A DNA stretch of 64,000 nucleotides, from positions 73,618 through 137,617 of the forward strand of contig MU053792.1 of assembly GCA_013239625.1 (NCBI GenBank), written 5' to 3'. This DNA comes from Lama guanicoe (Eukaryota). Numbering within the stretch: position 1 is the first letter of the stretch; every line of letters starts with the position of its first letter. The notes below the pieces were generated by a model. It did no database searches, was not told the origin of the DNA, and worked only from the letters and a program-made list of their open reading frames with translations. The position numbers were made by a program, and so were the translations under genes. Shown in pieces: positions 50,839 through 63,451 of this stretch.

Positions 50839-53800
50839 TTAGACATTGCTTTCAATTCTCCATTTTACAACAAGCATAGGGGCACACATAGACAGATTGA
50901 CTCTCCCTATAAATACTTTTTGCTCCAACATAAGGCAAAACATTGAGGAAGAGGTAATGTAAGAATATTCTGAGAACTCCACAGCTACATACAAGTAAAA
51001 GTGCCCTTGAATTATTATTGAATTATTATTGAAAAACTGTGACAGTGTATTGTACCAGCAGGATGAATCTGGGTGGGGTGGGGCCTGAAATTCATACAAC
51101 TCAACATTACAAACACAAAATCAGGTACGAGAGTGAATATTTACTTACAGTAAAAATAATTTACAAGTTACACATTTTTAAAAGCTTAAAAATCTTATAT
51201 ACATAAAGAAATCTAGAAAAATTTCTTACTTACTACCTAGCACAATTCTACAGTACTTTTAATTCTATGTTTCTGGCTGTCTATGCTTCAATGACTTCTT
51301 CCCAGGATGACAATTTTGTGATATCACTTCTGAAATATCACAGAAACTGGGAAGCAAATCCAACTGTACTTTTAGTATGGTTGATTGAAATTTGTGTTTA
51401 TTACTAATTGTAGAGACATGAGGTACAAAAGCCCTTTTAAATAAACCTAGAGAGGGATCATAAAAATGTGTTAACATTTTTTTGGTAAATTCTGCAAGTT
51501 AGCTATTTTAACCATAATCAGTTCAGACCACTGCCTCTTTCTCTTCCAACTTCTCCTTTATCTGTTGATCTCATGTTGGATCGTTCCCATATAGCCACAG
51601 AAAGTTTTGGGATCAAGCTAAGGAGAAATCAGGGGAGCAAATTTAGTTTGCGGTTAACAGGAGTATTTGTGTGGTTTGAAGTCATTTCTGATTGTATTTG
51701 GATTATTGAGAACAGCTTCCAGGAATACACCTCAAAGTGTATATAAGGTTAATTACTGTGCACACAAAAAATTTGCAATGCCCTCACTGTATTTAGATGA
51801 CACATGAAAAAAACTATATAGAAGTTTCCTCAAATTTGATAACAGTCCTAAAATTTGCATGGTATTACTATTAATGGATTCTGAAGCTGTCGCTGAAAGT
51901 ATAACAAAGTGAAATTCTGAATGGAAAGCGACAGTGGTATTGACCCATTTCACTTAAAATATATTACTTTCCAAAACACATTGGACTTTATGACCACATT
52001 GCTATGGTCCTTCCTGAAGCTTAAAGTTTAATTGGCTTCATTGTAAACCCACCTCTGTATGTATAGTAAGGAAAGCTAAGCCTTTAAATAAGTTTGGTTT
52101 AAAATCGCAGCCCACTACTTAAGACTTTGGTAGAGAAGAACTATTTACTTGGTTTTAGCTTCTTCATCCATTAAATATTTAACTTGAAGAGTTGGAATGA
52201 TTCATTTATTCATCTATTGATTAAGTGTCTATTTTGTTTCATGCCGGGAAAAAAGCAAGTGCTGGGAAAGAGCTGGGCATGCGCCACAAACTGAAAGAAG
52301 TTCCACGTGGCTGGTGAGTAGTGAGTGGAGTGGAAAGTGTTATTGAGTGAGACCTGGGTGAAGGGACCCCACAGGTGAGAAAGATATTTATTCTTTATTT
52401 AATTTTTTTATTTCTAGATACTTATTTTTATTGTAAGTAACTTATTTTTAAGTTTTTAATCTGGGAAGTGGCATGCTAATATATATTTTGAGAAAAATAA
52501 TCAAAACAGCAATTGATTTATGTACCAGGCAAGATGCTAATCTCCACGCATGTGCTTTTCCATGTAACCCTCCTAAAAGCCTGCTTTAATAGTATCATTG
52601 TCTCCATTTGGCAGGTTTGGAAGCTGAGATGTAGAAAATTTAATCAAACCAATGGAGGCCATGCAGTTACATTTTGACAAGTTTTTGGACTCCAATCCAC
52701 GTCTCTGTTACTCAAAAGTCCCCCTCTGCAAACTGTAACTACCCTGTTCCCACGTGGCAGGAGTCAGAGCACTTCAATGTCATGGGGGTTAAAGGAAGCT
52801 TCTGCACCATTTGGTTGAGTATTATTGGAAACTTTCTGTCTGTGCTCCAAATGTTTCTGTGGGGGAAAATAGACTAGCCTTTTAAATTGAGAACATTTTC
52901 AAATGTTTTGGCAGTTGGCTCAGTAAAGAAAAGGTGTTCTTTTGCAGTTAAATTGGAATGTAGCTTTTTGCAACAGTGACGGTATTTTTAAATGGCTTAT
53001 TCAAATGGAGTATTTTCAGAAAATTTCAAAATAGAATTAAACTGTTTGTGTCATGAAGCTGAACTACAGTCTTGATATATTCCTAAAATGTTGTCCAGTA
53101 TGAAAGATGTTGTCACAGTTCACTTCATGATATGGCTAAGAAATGAAGGGAGGAAAAAGCAACATTACAAATTCTTAAGCTATTACTATGCGCCAGGGCT
53201 TGTTTAGATTTTTTTCATATATGTTGTTTCTTTTAATTCTCCCTAATTCTTCCCTTTCTCTCTCCTCCAACATCAAACCTGTATCAGAAATTCTGGGCAT
53301 AAATGTAAGTGCTAGCCAGCTAAAATGAATCAGAATATTAATTTCATTCATCTCGCCCCAATTTTTTATCTGTTAAAAAAAATGTAGATTCCTGTATCCT
53401 ATTGAAGCCCAAATTTCTTTCTTTCTTTCTTTCTTTTTTCTATTTGACTTTCACATTCACCCATTTTCTTACTAGGGTCTCCTTTATCTAAATTGACCGG
53501 GTACCTTCCTCAAGGTCTGAGATATTGGCTCAATCTGCTGCATAAGCTTTACATGTTCTAAACAGAGTGAATGGCAGCTGTTGGCAGTTCTTCTAAAATA
53601 ACTCAGACTTAATGCAGCCAAATTCATTACTTCTAGAGGCATACAGGATAGATAATTTTAAAAGATGGAGATCAAAGATGAGCCATGCGAAGATGTTTTA
53701 TTCTCTGAAGGAGGGTAGGTGCCAACTGAGACTCTTTCAGGTCTACTGTATGAGGGGGTAGAGATGGATCCACGCCAAAGAAAGTCATCAACATTAAAGC

Positions 53801-54771
53801 TTCAAGCGTCACGCAGAGTCTCTTTTGTTGCTCTGTATTCTGCTTCCCTTTCCAGTCTTTTTTAATTCATCTAAGGAGGCCTGGAGATTATTTCCATTTT
53901 TGTGTTATTCCAAAAAATAATTTTTTTCTGATTGATTGCATCTTCATTTCTCATTGACAAGACTTCACTCCCTGCAGGTAGAACCCATCGATTGCATCAC
54001 TTAGTACTTCCTGCTTTAACATTATCTTTTATAATTCACCACCAACTGTTTGCACCCGTCAGCCAAGAATTAGAATCTGAGCAACAGCAAAGCCAGTGCA
54101 ACATTTGGTTGATGGATACAACCTCACATACTACTGGTAATTCTCATTTCACGGATCAGTCGACCCAAGCCAATGGTACCAAGGCTTGGTTTTAATTCAT
54201 ACTTTTATTCAATTAATAAGCCTGTAAAATGGAACACTTAAATGGAAATCGGTAATACTGAAGTGTAAGAAGGAGTCTGTAATCAGTTTGAAAGATTCGC
54301 GTTTCTGATGAGTGCTGACAACGTCGGGCTTGCTTGTGCCGTAGACACAGAGTCTCCTGGAACAACTGGTAGCCACTTTAAATTACTCAACATTCCAAAC
54401 AGAGAATCATCCTACTATTTTAGCAGCTTCAGAAATAAAAATGCATTCTGCATGCAAAAAGATGACAGAAAATGCAGTAGATTACTATGTGACTCTTTTA
54501 AGGCTAGCCTGCTTATTTCCTGCCATACTTCAATATAAGTTACTTTTAAAGAACATTTTAAGTAATGTTTGACTACAGATGTCTTGCATCTGATTAAAGC
54601 ATGTGATAAATGCTTCTGTGAGTTGAAGTTACAGAAGCAAAAATACTTCTTGAATATGTACAAAGGTGTTAATCAAGAAGTGACAATTTGAATTGTTCGT
54701 AGTCAACTGATGAAACATGATTAAAATCTCACACCAAAGCAACAGCTACTAAAAGGGCAATGACTATGATT

Positions 54772-55243
54772 TCTATAGTGGGCTATTGAGCACTTGAAAT
54801 GTGGATAGTGGAGCATCTGAATTTAGATGAGCTATAAAAGTGGAACATACACTGGCTTTGAAGATTTTCTGTGGAAAAAATAGACATTCCAATAGTATTG
54901 TATTGTCTTGAACTGTACTGAATGTAAGTTGAAATGACAATATTTGGGTATACTGAGTTGAATAAAATGGGTTACTAAAATTCATCTCACTTATTTTTGC
55001 TATTTTGCTTGTGTTGTTTGTTTCCTAAGGGGAGATAATTAGGTTTCTTCATTGATTTCTGCTTGGAGGAGGTACTGGGGATTGAACCCGGGACCTCCTG
55101 GGTGCTGAGCATGTGCTCTACCACTTGAGCTATACCCTTTCCCCTATTTTTGCTTTTCTAATGTAAGTACTAGAGGATTTAAAATTAAAACTATGTCGCT
55201 CATATTTGTGACTCTAATTGTATTTCTGTTGAACAGCACTGCT
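54772..55243. mobile_element. MER33-like hAT-Charlie element split by a SINE
   Basis: 'gctattgagcacttgaaatgtgg..gttgaaatgacaatatttggg..tatttctgttgaacagcactg'. Confidence 0.75.
55002..55144 (-). mobile_element. Vic-1-type tRNA-derived SINE with 10-bp TSD
   Basis: Minus strand GGGGAAAGGGTATAGCTCAAGTGGTAGAGC..GGTTCAATCCCCAGTACCTCC; TSD tatttttgct at 54992-55001 and 55145-55154. Confidence 0.92.
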
Positions 55244-55473
55244 CCATGGAGACTGATGGATGAAAATACATTGTTAAGAGTAAATTAAAATCCCTTTGAG
55301 AAAGTTTGGCAGTTATATTAACCTTCAGAACACATCTTAGAAACTTTTCTCCACTTTACCTTGTCATTCTCTGTTAGACAGCTGGTTCCTATTAAAAATA
55401 CACACAGTAGACAAACATACACATGCACACATACTGTCCTTAGAAGAAGGTGGAGGAAAATAAGTGATCAGCA

Positions 55474-55780
55474 CAGTCAGCCCTCCGTATCTGCAGATTC
55501 CACATCCATAGATTCAACCAACTGTGAACTGAAAGATAAAAAAAAAAAAAAATCCAGAAAGTTTCAAAAAGCAAGACTTGAATTTGCTGGGCGTTAACAA
55601 CTATTTACATAGCATTTACATTGTGTTAGGTATTAAAAAGTAATCTAGAGATGATTTAAAGTATGTGGGAGGATATGCAGATACCACATCTTTTTATGTA
55701 AGAGACGAGCTTCCACAGTCTTTGATATCTTCAGGAGGTCCTAGAACCAATCAATCTCTTGTGGATGCCATAGGGCAGCG
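55474..55780 (-). mobile_element. MER2-family TcMar-Tigger MITE
   Basis: 'cagtcagccctccgtatc..acaactatttacatagcatttacattgtgttaggtatt..taatctagagatgatttaaagtat'. Confidence 0.85.
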
Positions 55781-58700
55781 TATGCTAGAAAGAACACTAG
55801 GATGAGATTTAGAAGATCTGTGTTGTGTTTAACATTTCTACCAACAACTGTATCTAATGGCAATAAGATACGTATTTGACCTGACTTTCAGCTTGCCCAT
55901 CTGTTAAGTTGAGTGTGTCAAAGACTCACAAGGACCCCTTCCTGCTCTGACATCAACTACTCCTTAAAACAGACACAAAAGGTACAAGAATGACTTGAAA
56001 ATTGATTTAGGAAACTGGATTTAAGCAGAAAAATCAGAGAGAAGCCATCACTGGCGCCCAGAGCAATGTGTCCCTTCAACAGCATGGAGAAGCATTCTCA
56101 AGAACCTTTAACCGTTAGCTTCTACCCACTGCTTGTGCATCTCACCTTCACAGGAAGAAAATAAGTCCCTCACCTTCTGAGGCTGTCCCCTTGTTATAAA
56201 GATTCCTTTTCCTTACAACCACCACAAATCATATCTGTGGGCTTCTTGCATTCTGTGCCTCTGTTTATTGGGGTCTATGGGGGCCTCTTCCTCCCCAGCC
56301 TTATGTATCGTCTCTTGCTTTCAGACAGGAAGTTCTCCTGGGAGTGGTCCTGCATCCCCCTCTTTCCTGGTGGAACTTTCTGTATGGGTGCCCCTATCTT
56401 CAAATCAAGACTCAAAGCTGCACGTCTCTACCTTCCCATGTCTCATTCCCAAGGCTCTTTAGGTTACTCTGTCTTAGCCATCAGTGCTCCACGCAGGCTC
56501 TGAATCCCTCAAATAGTGGAGAACATTTTGGTCTGGGGTGGGATGAAAGGTTGGAGGATGAGAGATTTCCCATCATAGAGAGGAAAGGCATGAGAGAAGG
56601 TAAAGTATGAAGGATGAGAAAGGGGACGTATCTGCTTGACCCACAGTATATGTCTCCTTTGTTAATTTACTGACTTTACTTATTCATTTACCTTCACTGA
56701 ATACTCAGCTAGCTAGGTACCTAGAAGTTTATCTGTGCAGACATATTCTCTGCCCTTGGAAATATTTATTTTGCAAAATCACCTGAATATTGTTTTTGAA
56801 TCATGGTAGGGGATCTTCTTTTCATTCTTACAGATATAATTATTAATACTTTGTTCCGAATTACTCTTTTCAATTTCACTGTACCTTGGAGCATATCTCA
56901 ACTCTATGCATTACTCCCTCAAGTCAGCTGCCCTTCAGTTTATCAAAAAATGTTTTAAAAATCTAAAGTCTGATGTTACATTGATTGAGCAAAGCCTCTC
57001 ATTTCTATTTAAACATCAGATAATCTCTGACTTCAGAAAGCAATGGATATAATTAGCTATGATTTTGTTTTGTTGTTTTAAGTGTGCTTTTTACCTGGAA
57101 GCTTATAATTTACACAAACACACACATACACATACAAAATTGGTCCTTGTTCATGTTTACCATTTATATTTTTTAAATTTAATTCCATACTAAGTCATAC
57201 TCTTTTGCTCTATCACTACAAGTTTTCTGGGATCCTCATGTGAGCCCAGACTTAGAGTTAGAAATAAAATTTATATTTGGTTCCCCATCATGACTCCCAG
57301 AAAGTCTTTAATTGAAGACTTTTTTTTGTAGCTAAATCTCACTGTGGCAATCTCCAAGGCCTCGGCAATGAATTCATCTCCACCAATTTTAAACCAAGGG
57401 CACATTAACTCTGTTTCCATTTGACACGTATTTATAATCAGAATGTTCAGAGGATTTGAAAAGCTTCAAACAAACCATGAGATTTTCCCTATGTGAGTCA
57501 GGGAATCAGAGGCTTTTATTTATTTTAATAAAGAATTCTAATTGCTTCTCAAGACACTTTAATTTATAACTTTATAAGACAATGTTAATAGAGTATATGC
57601 AAATATAAAAATACAAGAACAAACCCAGTCTGCCCCCAACTTTTAAAGGGATCATCAAATTAATAAACACATTTGAATACTCTCCAGAAAAGCTTTCCCT
57701 CACTATGTGCTTACTGGGTATGAAAAATGGTAACAAGAATTTCCATTGGGTACAGGTGGCAACAAAACCTACAAGCATCTTCCTCTAGTTGACATTCAGA
57801 TCTAAGCTGAAAAGAACATATGGAGTCTAGAAGAGAAGCCTTTTGACTTGAAAAGGGACTGTTGGGGAGCAGAGTCATTGATACAGGGGACTCTGTAGTG
57901 TCTGAGATTCTTCAGTGGCAAAAGAGGAATTGATTGAGGGAGAAAAGCCTGTTGATGGTAGGAGCTATAGTGTTTTCTCAGAGGAAGACACTCATTCTTT
58001 ATTTCCTATTTTAAAATAAAAGCAATCCTGTTGAGAAACAGAAGGAGCATCACAAAAGGCGATAACCAAAGCAAGACATGGGTACTTCCAAGTCAGTCCA
58101 CAACTATGCCATTGTGAAATTATTACAGAGAAATGTTACTTATTTCTATATGTTAGATTTTCGTGAGGTTTGTATTTCATGTGCATAAGACAAATGTTTT
58201 AAAATATTAATACATGAGCTTTCCTCTGTCCCCTTCAAAATTGGCTTATTGATAGGAAGTTCCTCTGAAAGTCTCTTTACATGAACAAGAACCCCCCCAA
58301 ATGACCCTTTTTTATTCAACCAGTTTTTCTCTCTAACCCATACTTATCTTAAATTGCTTAAAATCTGTAATCTAAAGATATAAACAGAGTGATGTAATCT
58401 TAGAATAATGCAATTTAGATTAAGCACAAAAGGTATTCAAAGTGTGAGGGAATGACCTCAAAATCCTGTCCTTTATGGTGATTGTCATTCATGCATACGT
58501 CCCTTGAGTAATAAACATAAGGCCATTCTGAATAAGACCCACAGCAGCCACATATGATCCGTGGAAGAGAGAGTCTTGGGTCTGTTTTCCAGGTTACACA
58601 AGGTAGCAGCCCATCACCGTATCCTGAGTGTTTGCTATTACACACCTGCCAGAGCTGCCACAGATCTCCGGTCCCCTGACCAGGCGAGACTGGCCCAGAG

Positions 58701-59649
58701 CTTCCTCAGGGAGAGAGGAAGAAGTGAAAGGTATTGCAGAGCTCCTGGTGGGCCAGGGGCTTTGCGTCCCCACTTGACCCTCACAGGCAAATGCTCTGAA
58801 CTTCTTTCTCCTCTGGGCTAGGGGTTCTGCTCCACCCCAGCCCACGGAGACTCTGAGGCAAGCAGTGCTTGCTTTAATTTCACTCACAGGAGTCAAAGTT
58901 CCATTTGTCTCCTTTGTGATTTGTCATCACAAAGTGGCTTCAGTGACCTTTAACCATAGCAAAAGAAATGGAAACCCAATAGGACATGAATAAACTCTTC
59001 TGTGCACGAATAGCTACAATCAAATATATTGCAGTTAAAGCCATAATCAAGAAAAGCCAGGTTCTCTAACTCTATTTTATTTTGTAGTCCCCATCTATTT
59101 GCTTATGTGAGGTCAGTTAGTCAAAACCCCTTCGTTTTCTATTTTGTTGTCTACTGACAAAGGCACACTGGTTTACACAGTTCACTTTCAGGTAAGACAT
59201 CATAGAACAGCTTGTGTGATTTTCATGATAAATCAGCCTCTACAATGGTAAATTCAGTTTGTTGTGCTTTTACTGGTTCATATCTGTTGCTTCTTTATTT
59301 ACTATCATATTAAGTTAAATTAAATTAAATTAAGATCAAATTGAAGTAAGAGTTAAAGCAGATAATGAATATAACACTTTATTATGGGGAAAAAATCAGT
59401 TTTTTACAGTCACAGCTGAAAGTAATCAAAACGTCAGTCCATTTTTATCTGATTAATTTTTAAGTGGTAACTGAGATGCTAAACTTGCCTTAAATGAGGG
59501 GGTGGTATTGAACATCATCACTTTTATGTAAGAACCTCATTGCAAAAAGTTATTTCTGTTTGTTTTTGAACACTGTTATTGAACATATTAAGTCTCTAAA
59601 GTAGGTCATTTTTGTTATGGGATTAGTTACTTTGTCAAAGCTCACCACA

Positions 59650-61640
59650 AGATTAACATACTGAAACCTGTTGCGTGTCTCTACACGAACAATGAAATAT
59701 CAGGAAAAAAACAAACAATTCCTTTTAAAATTATATAAAAATTACCTGGGAATAAACCTGACCAAGATGATGAAAAACCTATAGGTTGAAAACTATAAAA
59801 CATTAATAAAGGAAATTGAAGATGATTCAAAGAAATGAAAAGATATCCTATTTTCTTGGATTAGAAGAATTAATATTGTTAAAATGGCCATACTACTCAA
59901 AGAAATCTACAGATTTCATATAATCTCTATAAAATTATGAAGAACATTTTTCACAGAACTAAGAAAAATAATCCTAAAATTATACGGAACCACAAAGACT
60001 CAGAATTGCCAAAGCAATCCAGAGGAAAAAGAACAAAGCTGGAGGTCTAACCCTCCCAGGCTACAGACAATATTACAAGGCTAAAGTAATCAAAACAGCA
60101 CTGTATTGGCACAAAAAAACAGTCATATGGACTAATAGAACAGAATAGAGAGCCTAGAAATAATCCCACACAATTATGATCAACTAATCTTTGACAAAGG
60201 AGGCAAAAATATACAATGGAGAAAAGACAGACTCTTTAGGAAGTGGCGTTGGGAAAGATGGACAGCCTCACGTAAATGAATGAAGTTAGAACTCTCCATC
60301 ACATCGTACACAAAAATAAATTCAAATGACTTAAAGACTTAAATATGGCGTGACACCATAAAGAAGAAAACTTAAGCCAAATATTCTCGAATGTAAATCA
60401 TAGCAATGTTTTCTTAAGTCTGTCTCCCAAGGCAAAAAAACAAAAACAAAAATAAACAAATGGGACCTAATCAAACTTAAAAGCTTTTGTGTAGCAAAGG
60501 AAACCATCAATAAGACAAAAAGACAACTTACGGGCTGGGAGAAAATATTAGCAAACAATGTAATCAATGAGGGCTTAACTTCCAAAATATACAAACTTCT
60601 CATAGGGCTCAGTTAAAAAAGAAAATCAAAAAGTGGACTGAATATCTAAATAGACATTTCTCTAAAGAAGACACAAAAGAAGCCGTACAGATGGCCAACA
60701 GGCACATAAAAAGATTCTCAATACAATTTATTAGTAGAGAAATGCATCAAAACTACAGTGAAGTATCGCCTCACACCATTCAGAATGCCCATCATCAAAA
60801 CATCTACAAATAATAAATGCTGGAGAGAGTGTGGGCAAAAGGGAACCCTCCTACACTGCTGAGGGGAATATAAATTGGTGCAGTCACTTAGAGAACAGCA
60901 TGGAGGTTTCCTAAAAATATAATAATAAAATAAAATAAGAATAGAGCTGTCTTATGACCCAGCAATCCCACTCTTGGACATATATCCAGAAAAGATAAAA
61001 ACTCTAATTTGAAAAGATACATGCACCCCAATGTTTATATCAGCACTATTTATAATGGCCAAGACATGGAAAAAAATCTAAGTGACCATCAATAGATAAA
61101 TGTATAAAAAAGATGTTTTTATTTATATATAAATATAATGGAATATTACTGAACCATAAAAAATGAAATAATGCCATTTATAGCAACCTAGAGATTGTCA
61201 TACTAAGTAAAGTAAGTCAGACAGAGAAAGACAAACTTATATGCGGAATCTAAAAAAAAAATAGTGATTCAAATGAACCTATTTACAAAACAAAAATGGA
61301 ATCACAGTCATAGTAAACAAATTTATGGTTACCAAAGGGGAAAGTGGTGGGGAGGGATTAATTAGGATTTTGGAATTAACTGTTACTCACTACTACATAT
61401 AAAATAGATTTAAAAAAAACCAAGGATCTACTGTATACCTGTATATCACAGGGATCTATATTCAATATATTGTAATAATCTATAATGAAAAAAATCTAAA
61501 AAGAATATATATATGCATATATACATATACATATTGTACATATATATACACATATGTATGTATAACTGAATCATTTTGCTGCACACCTGAAAGTAACAAA
61601 ACATTGTAAATTGACTATACTTCAAGTTAAAAATAAAAAA
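59650..61640 (+). mobile_element. 5'-truncated LINE-1 (ORF2 C-terminal half plus 3' UTR)
   Basis: 'gaagaattaatattgttaaaatggccatactac', 'gacccagcaatcccactc', 3' UTR ending 'gactatacttcaagttaaaaataaaaaa'. Confidence 0.92.
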
Positions 61641-61674
61641 GATATGATTTCCTAAATTCATTGTCTTGTTTCAT

Positions 61675-62598
61675 TACCTAGCATGTGATCTAATGTAAAG
61701 AATTTTCCATATGCAGTTGAAAAAAATATCCATTCTGTTGCTTTTGGAAGGAATGTTCTATATATATCTCTGCTGAGTTCATTCATCTATTGTGTCCTAT
61801 AAGGCCAGTGTTTCTTATTGATTTTCTGTCTAGATGATCTGCCCATTGATATAAGTGGTGTGTTGAAATTCCCTACTATTACTGTTACTGACAATTGCTC
61901 CCATTATGTTTATTAATATTTGGTTTATGTCTTTAAGTGTTTCTATGTTGGGTGCATGTACAGTTACAAGTATTATATCTTCTTGAATTGATCCCTGATA
62001 TCATGTAATTTACTTCTTTATCTCTTGCAACAGTTTGTTGTAGTCTATTTTGTCTTGTGTAAGTACTGCTACCCCAGCTTTCTTTTAATTTCCACTTTCA
62101 TAGAATACCTTTTTTTATCTCCTTATTTTCAGACTGTGTGTGTTTTTATATCTGAAGTGAGTCTCTTGCAGACAACACATACATGGGTCTTGTTCTTGCA
62201 TCCATTCAACCACTCTACATCTTTTGATGGGAGCAGTTAGCCCATTTACATTTAAAGTAATTATTAATATCTATGGTCTTACTGCTATTTTGTCAATTGC
62301 TTTTGTGTCATTTTTGTAGGTGTTTTTGTTTCTTTCTTCTTTTGTTTACTTCTCTTGTGATTTGATGACTATCTTTTAGTGTTATGTTTGGATTTCTTTT
62401 TCTTTGTGTGTGTATATCTTTTGTAGATTTTTCATTTCTGGTTACCATGAGGTCTGTATTAACAATCCATATACATTACCAATTGTTTCAATTTCTGATC
62501 TCTTAATTTCAAATGCATTTGCTACTTTTGTCTTTTAACTTTCCTACTAGCTTGGAGAGTATATGGATGAGTTTCTCCCTTTCCTATATATGCCTTTA
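61675..62598 (-). mobile_element. Antisense L1 fragment (ORF2 endonuclease plus inter-ORF region) abutting the EPV
   Basis: 'ttgattttctgtctagatgatctgcccattg..gtgttgaaattccctactatt', 'tttatatctgaagtgagtctcttgcagac', ending 'tatatatgccttta'. Confidence 0.88.
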
Positions 62599-63451
62599 TG
62601 GGCACTAATTTCCTTGAGGTGCCAACCTACCAAAAAATAGGCAAAGACAAATATGGGGAGAAATATCTAAATTATGAGCCTGAAGTTTTTCAGAGAATGC
62701 AGGAGTTTGCAAATGCAGCTGCTATATCTGAGAATGCCAAAATCTCGATGAGAGCAAAACCACAGCTGAATTCTTTGTGGAAGGGGTGAGAAACTATTTG
62801 CACCCAGGAACCTCATGGACAGAGCAACTTTAATGATGTGACCATGAAAGTCACCAAGGACGCTTCCCTGATTATGTCATGGAGGGAGGGAACAGACAGC
62901 AGTCCTTTGATTATATGGACCAAGGAAAATGGGACCAACTCAACAGATTTCAACTCTGCCACCACAGCAGGCTGTGTCATGACCCTGCAGATCTCACCAA
63001 CCATCATCCTGGAAAGCCAAGGCCTCCTGTTTGCAGGAATTCAACCTGGCAATGTACAGATGGATCCAGATATATATTTGTGGGGCCCTACATGGGCTCA
63101 AGTTCCTCATGTAGATGGAGTATTCCACCCTACTCCTAACATGGGGGGTTTGGGTGTCATCGACCCCCCTCCAATGATTCTAATAAAAAATACTGCCGTG
63201 CCAGCCGAGCCCTGGAAAGCATTTACAGCAGGCCCTAGTCTTTCATTAATCAGTACTCCACAGGACAGGTTACAGGAGAGATGGAGTGGGAGATTGAAGG
63301 AAAAAACAGTAAGCACTGGAATCCAGAGATTCAATACACCGGTAATTACGGTCCTAACAAGGACACAATGAATTTTACCGTAGATGGGAACGGGAAATAT
63401 AATGGGAGTCCCCAGTTTGCTAGAACCAGGTTTCTGTCAAAACACTTGTGA
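62598..63451 (+). pseudogene. cap: Endogenous dependoparvovirus (AAV-like) capsid gene fragment, roughly AAV2 VP1 residues ~452-735, three frameshifts
   Basis: ORF 62838-63371 contains GIQPGNVQMDPDIYLWGPTWAQVPHVDGVFHPTPNMGGLGVIDPPPMILIKNTAVPAEP (AAV2: [59 protein letters not shown]). After a frameshift at ~63238 the frame from 63239 reads [70 protein letters not shown], stop at 63449-63451 (AAV2: [37 protein letters not shown]...[25 protein letters not shown]). Upstream segments YQKIGKDKYGEKYLNYEPEVFQRMQEF and EFFVEGVRNYLHPG are colinear with the AAV GH loop. Confidence 0.97.

Noticed and set aside
51299..51353. Imperfect hairpin ttcccag..tgtgatat/atatcaca..ctgggaa as a possible miRNA precursor
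   Set aside because: Only an 8-bp perfect core with a large bulge; no recognisable mature miRNA.
50055..51500. Possible 3' UTR of a minus-strand host gene (minus-strand AATAAA near 50075, repeat-poor AT-rich DNA)
   Set aside because: No coding exon or splice structure could be tied to it, and AATAAA is common in AT-rich DNA.
50174..58730. Scattered STAT-like (TTCCCAGGAA 50174, TTCCAGGAA 51717) and IRF/ETS-like (GGAAGAAGTGAAAG ~58717) motifs
   Set aside because: Short motifs are expected by chance in 64 kb; there is no clustering, and no conservation data are available.
62879..63139. 86-aa alternative-frame ORF overlapping the EPV cap, as a possible AAV X-gene or AAP/MAAP equivalent
   Set aside because: AAP and MAAP overlap the 5' part of cap, which is absent here. 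I see no recognisable similarity to X, and an ORF this short can arise by chance.
63239..63371. C-terminal tail of ORF 62838-63371 (SLSLISTPQDRLQERW...) as real protein
   Set aside because: It is out-of-frame read-through after the ~63238 frameshift; the capsid continues in another frame.
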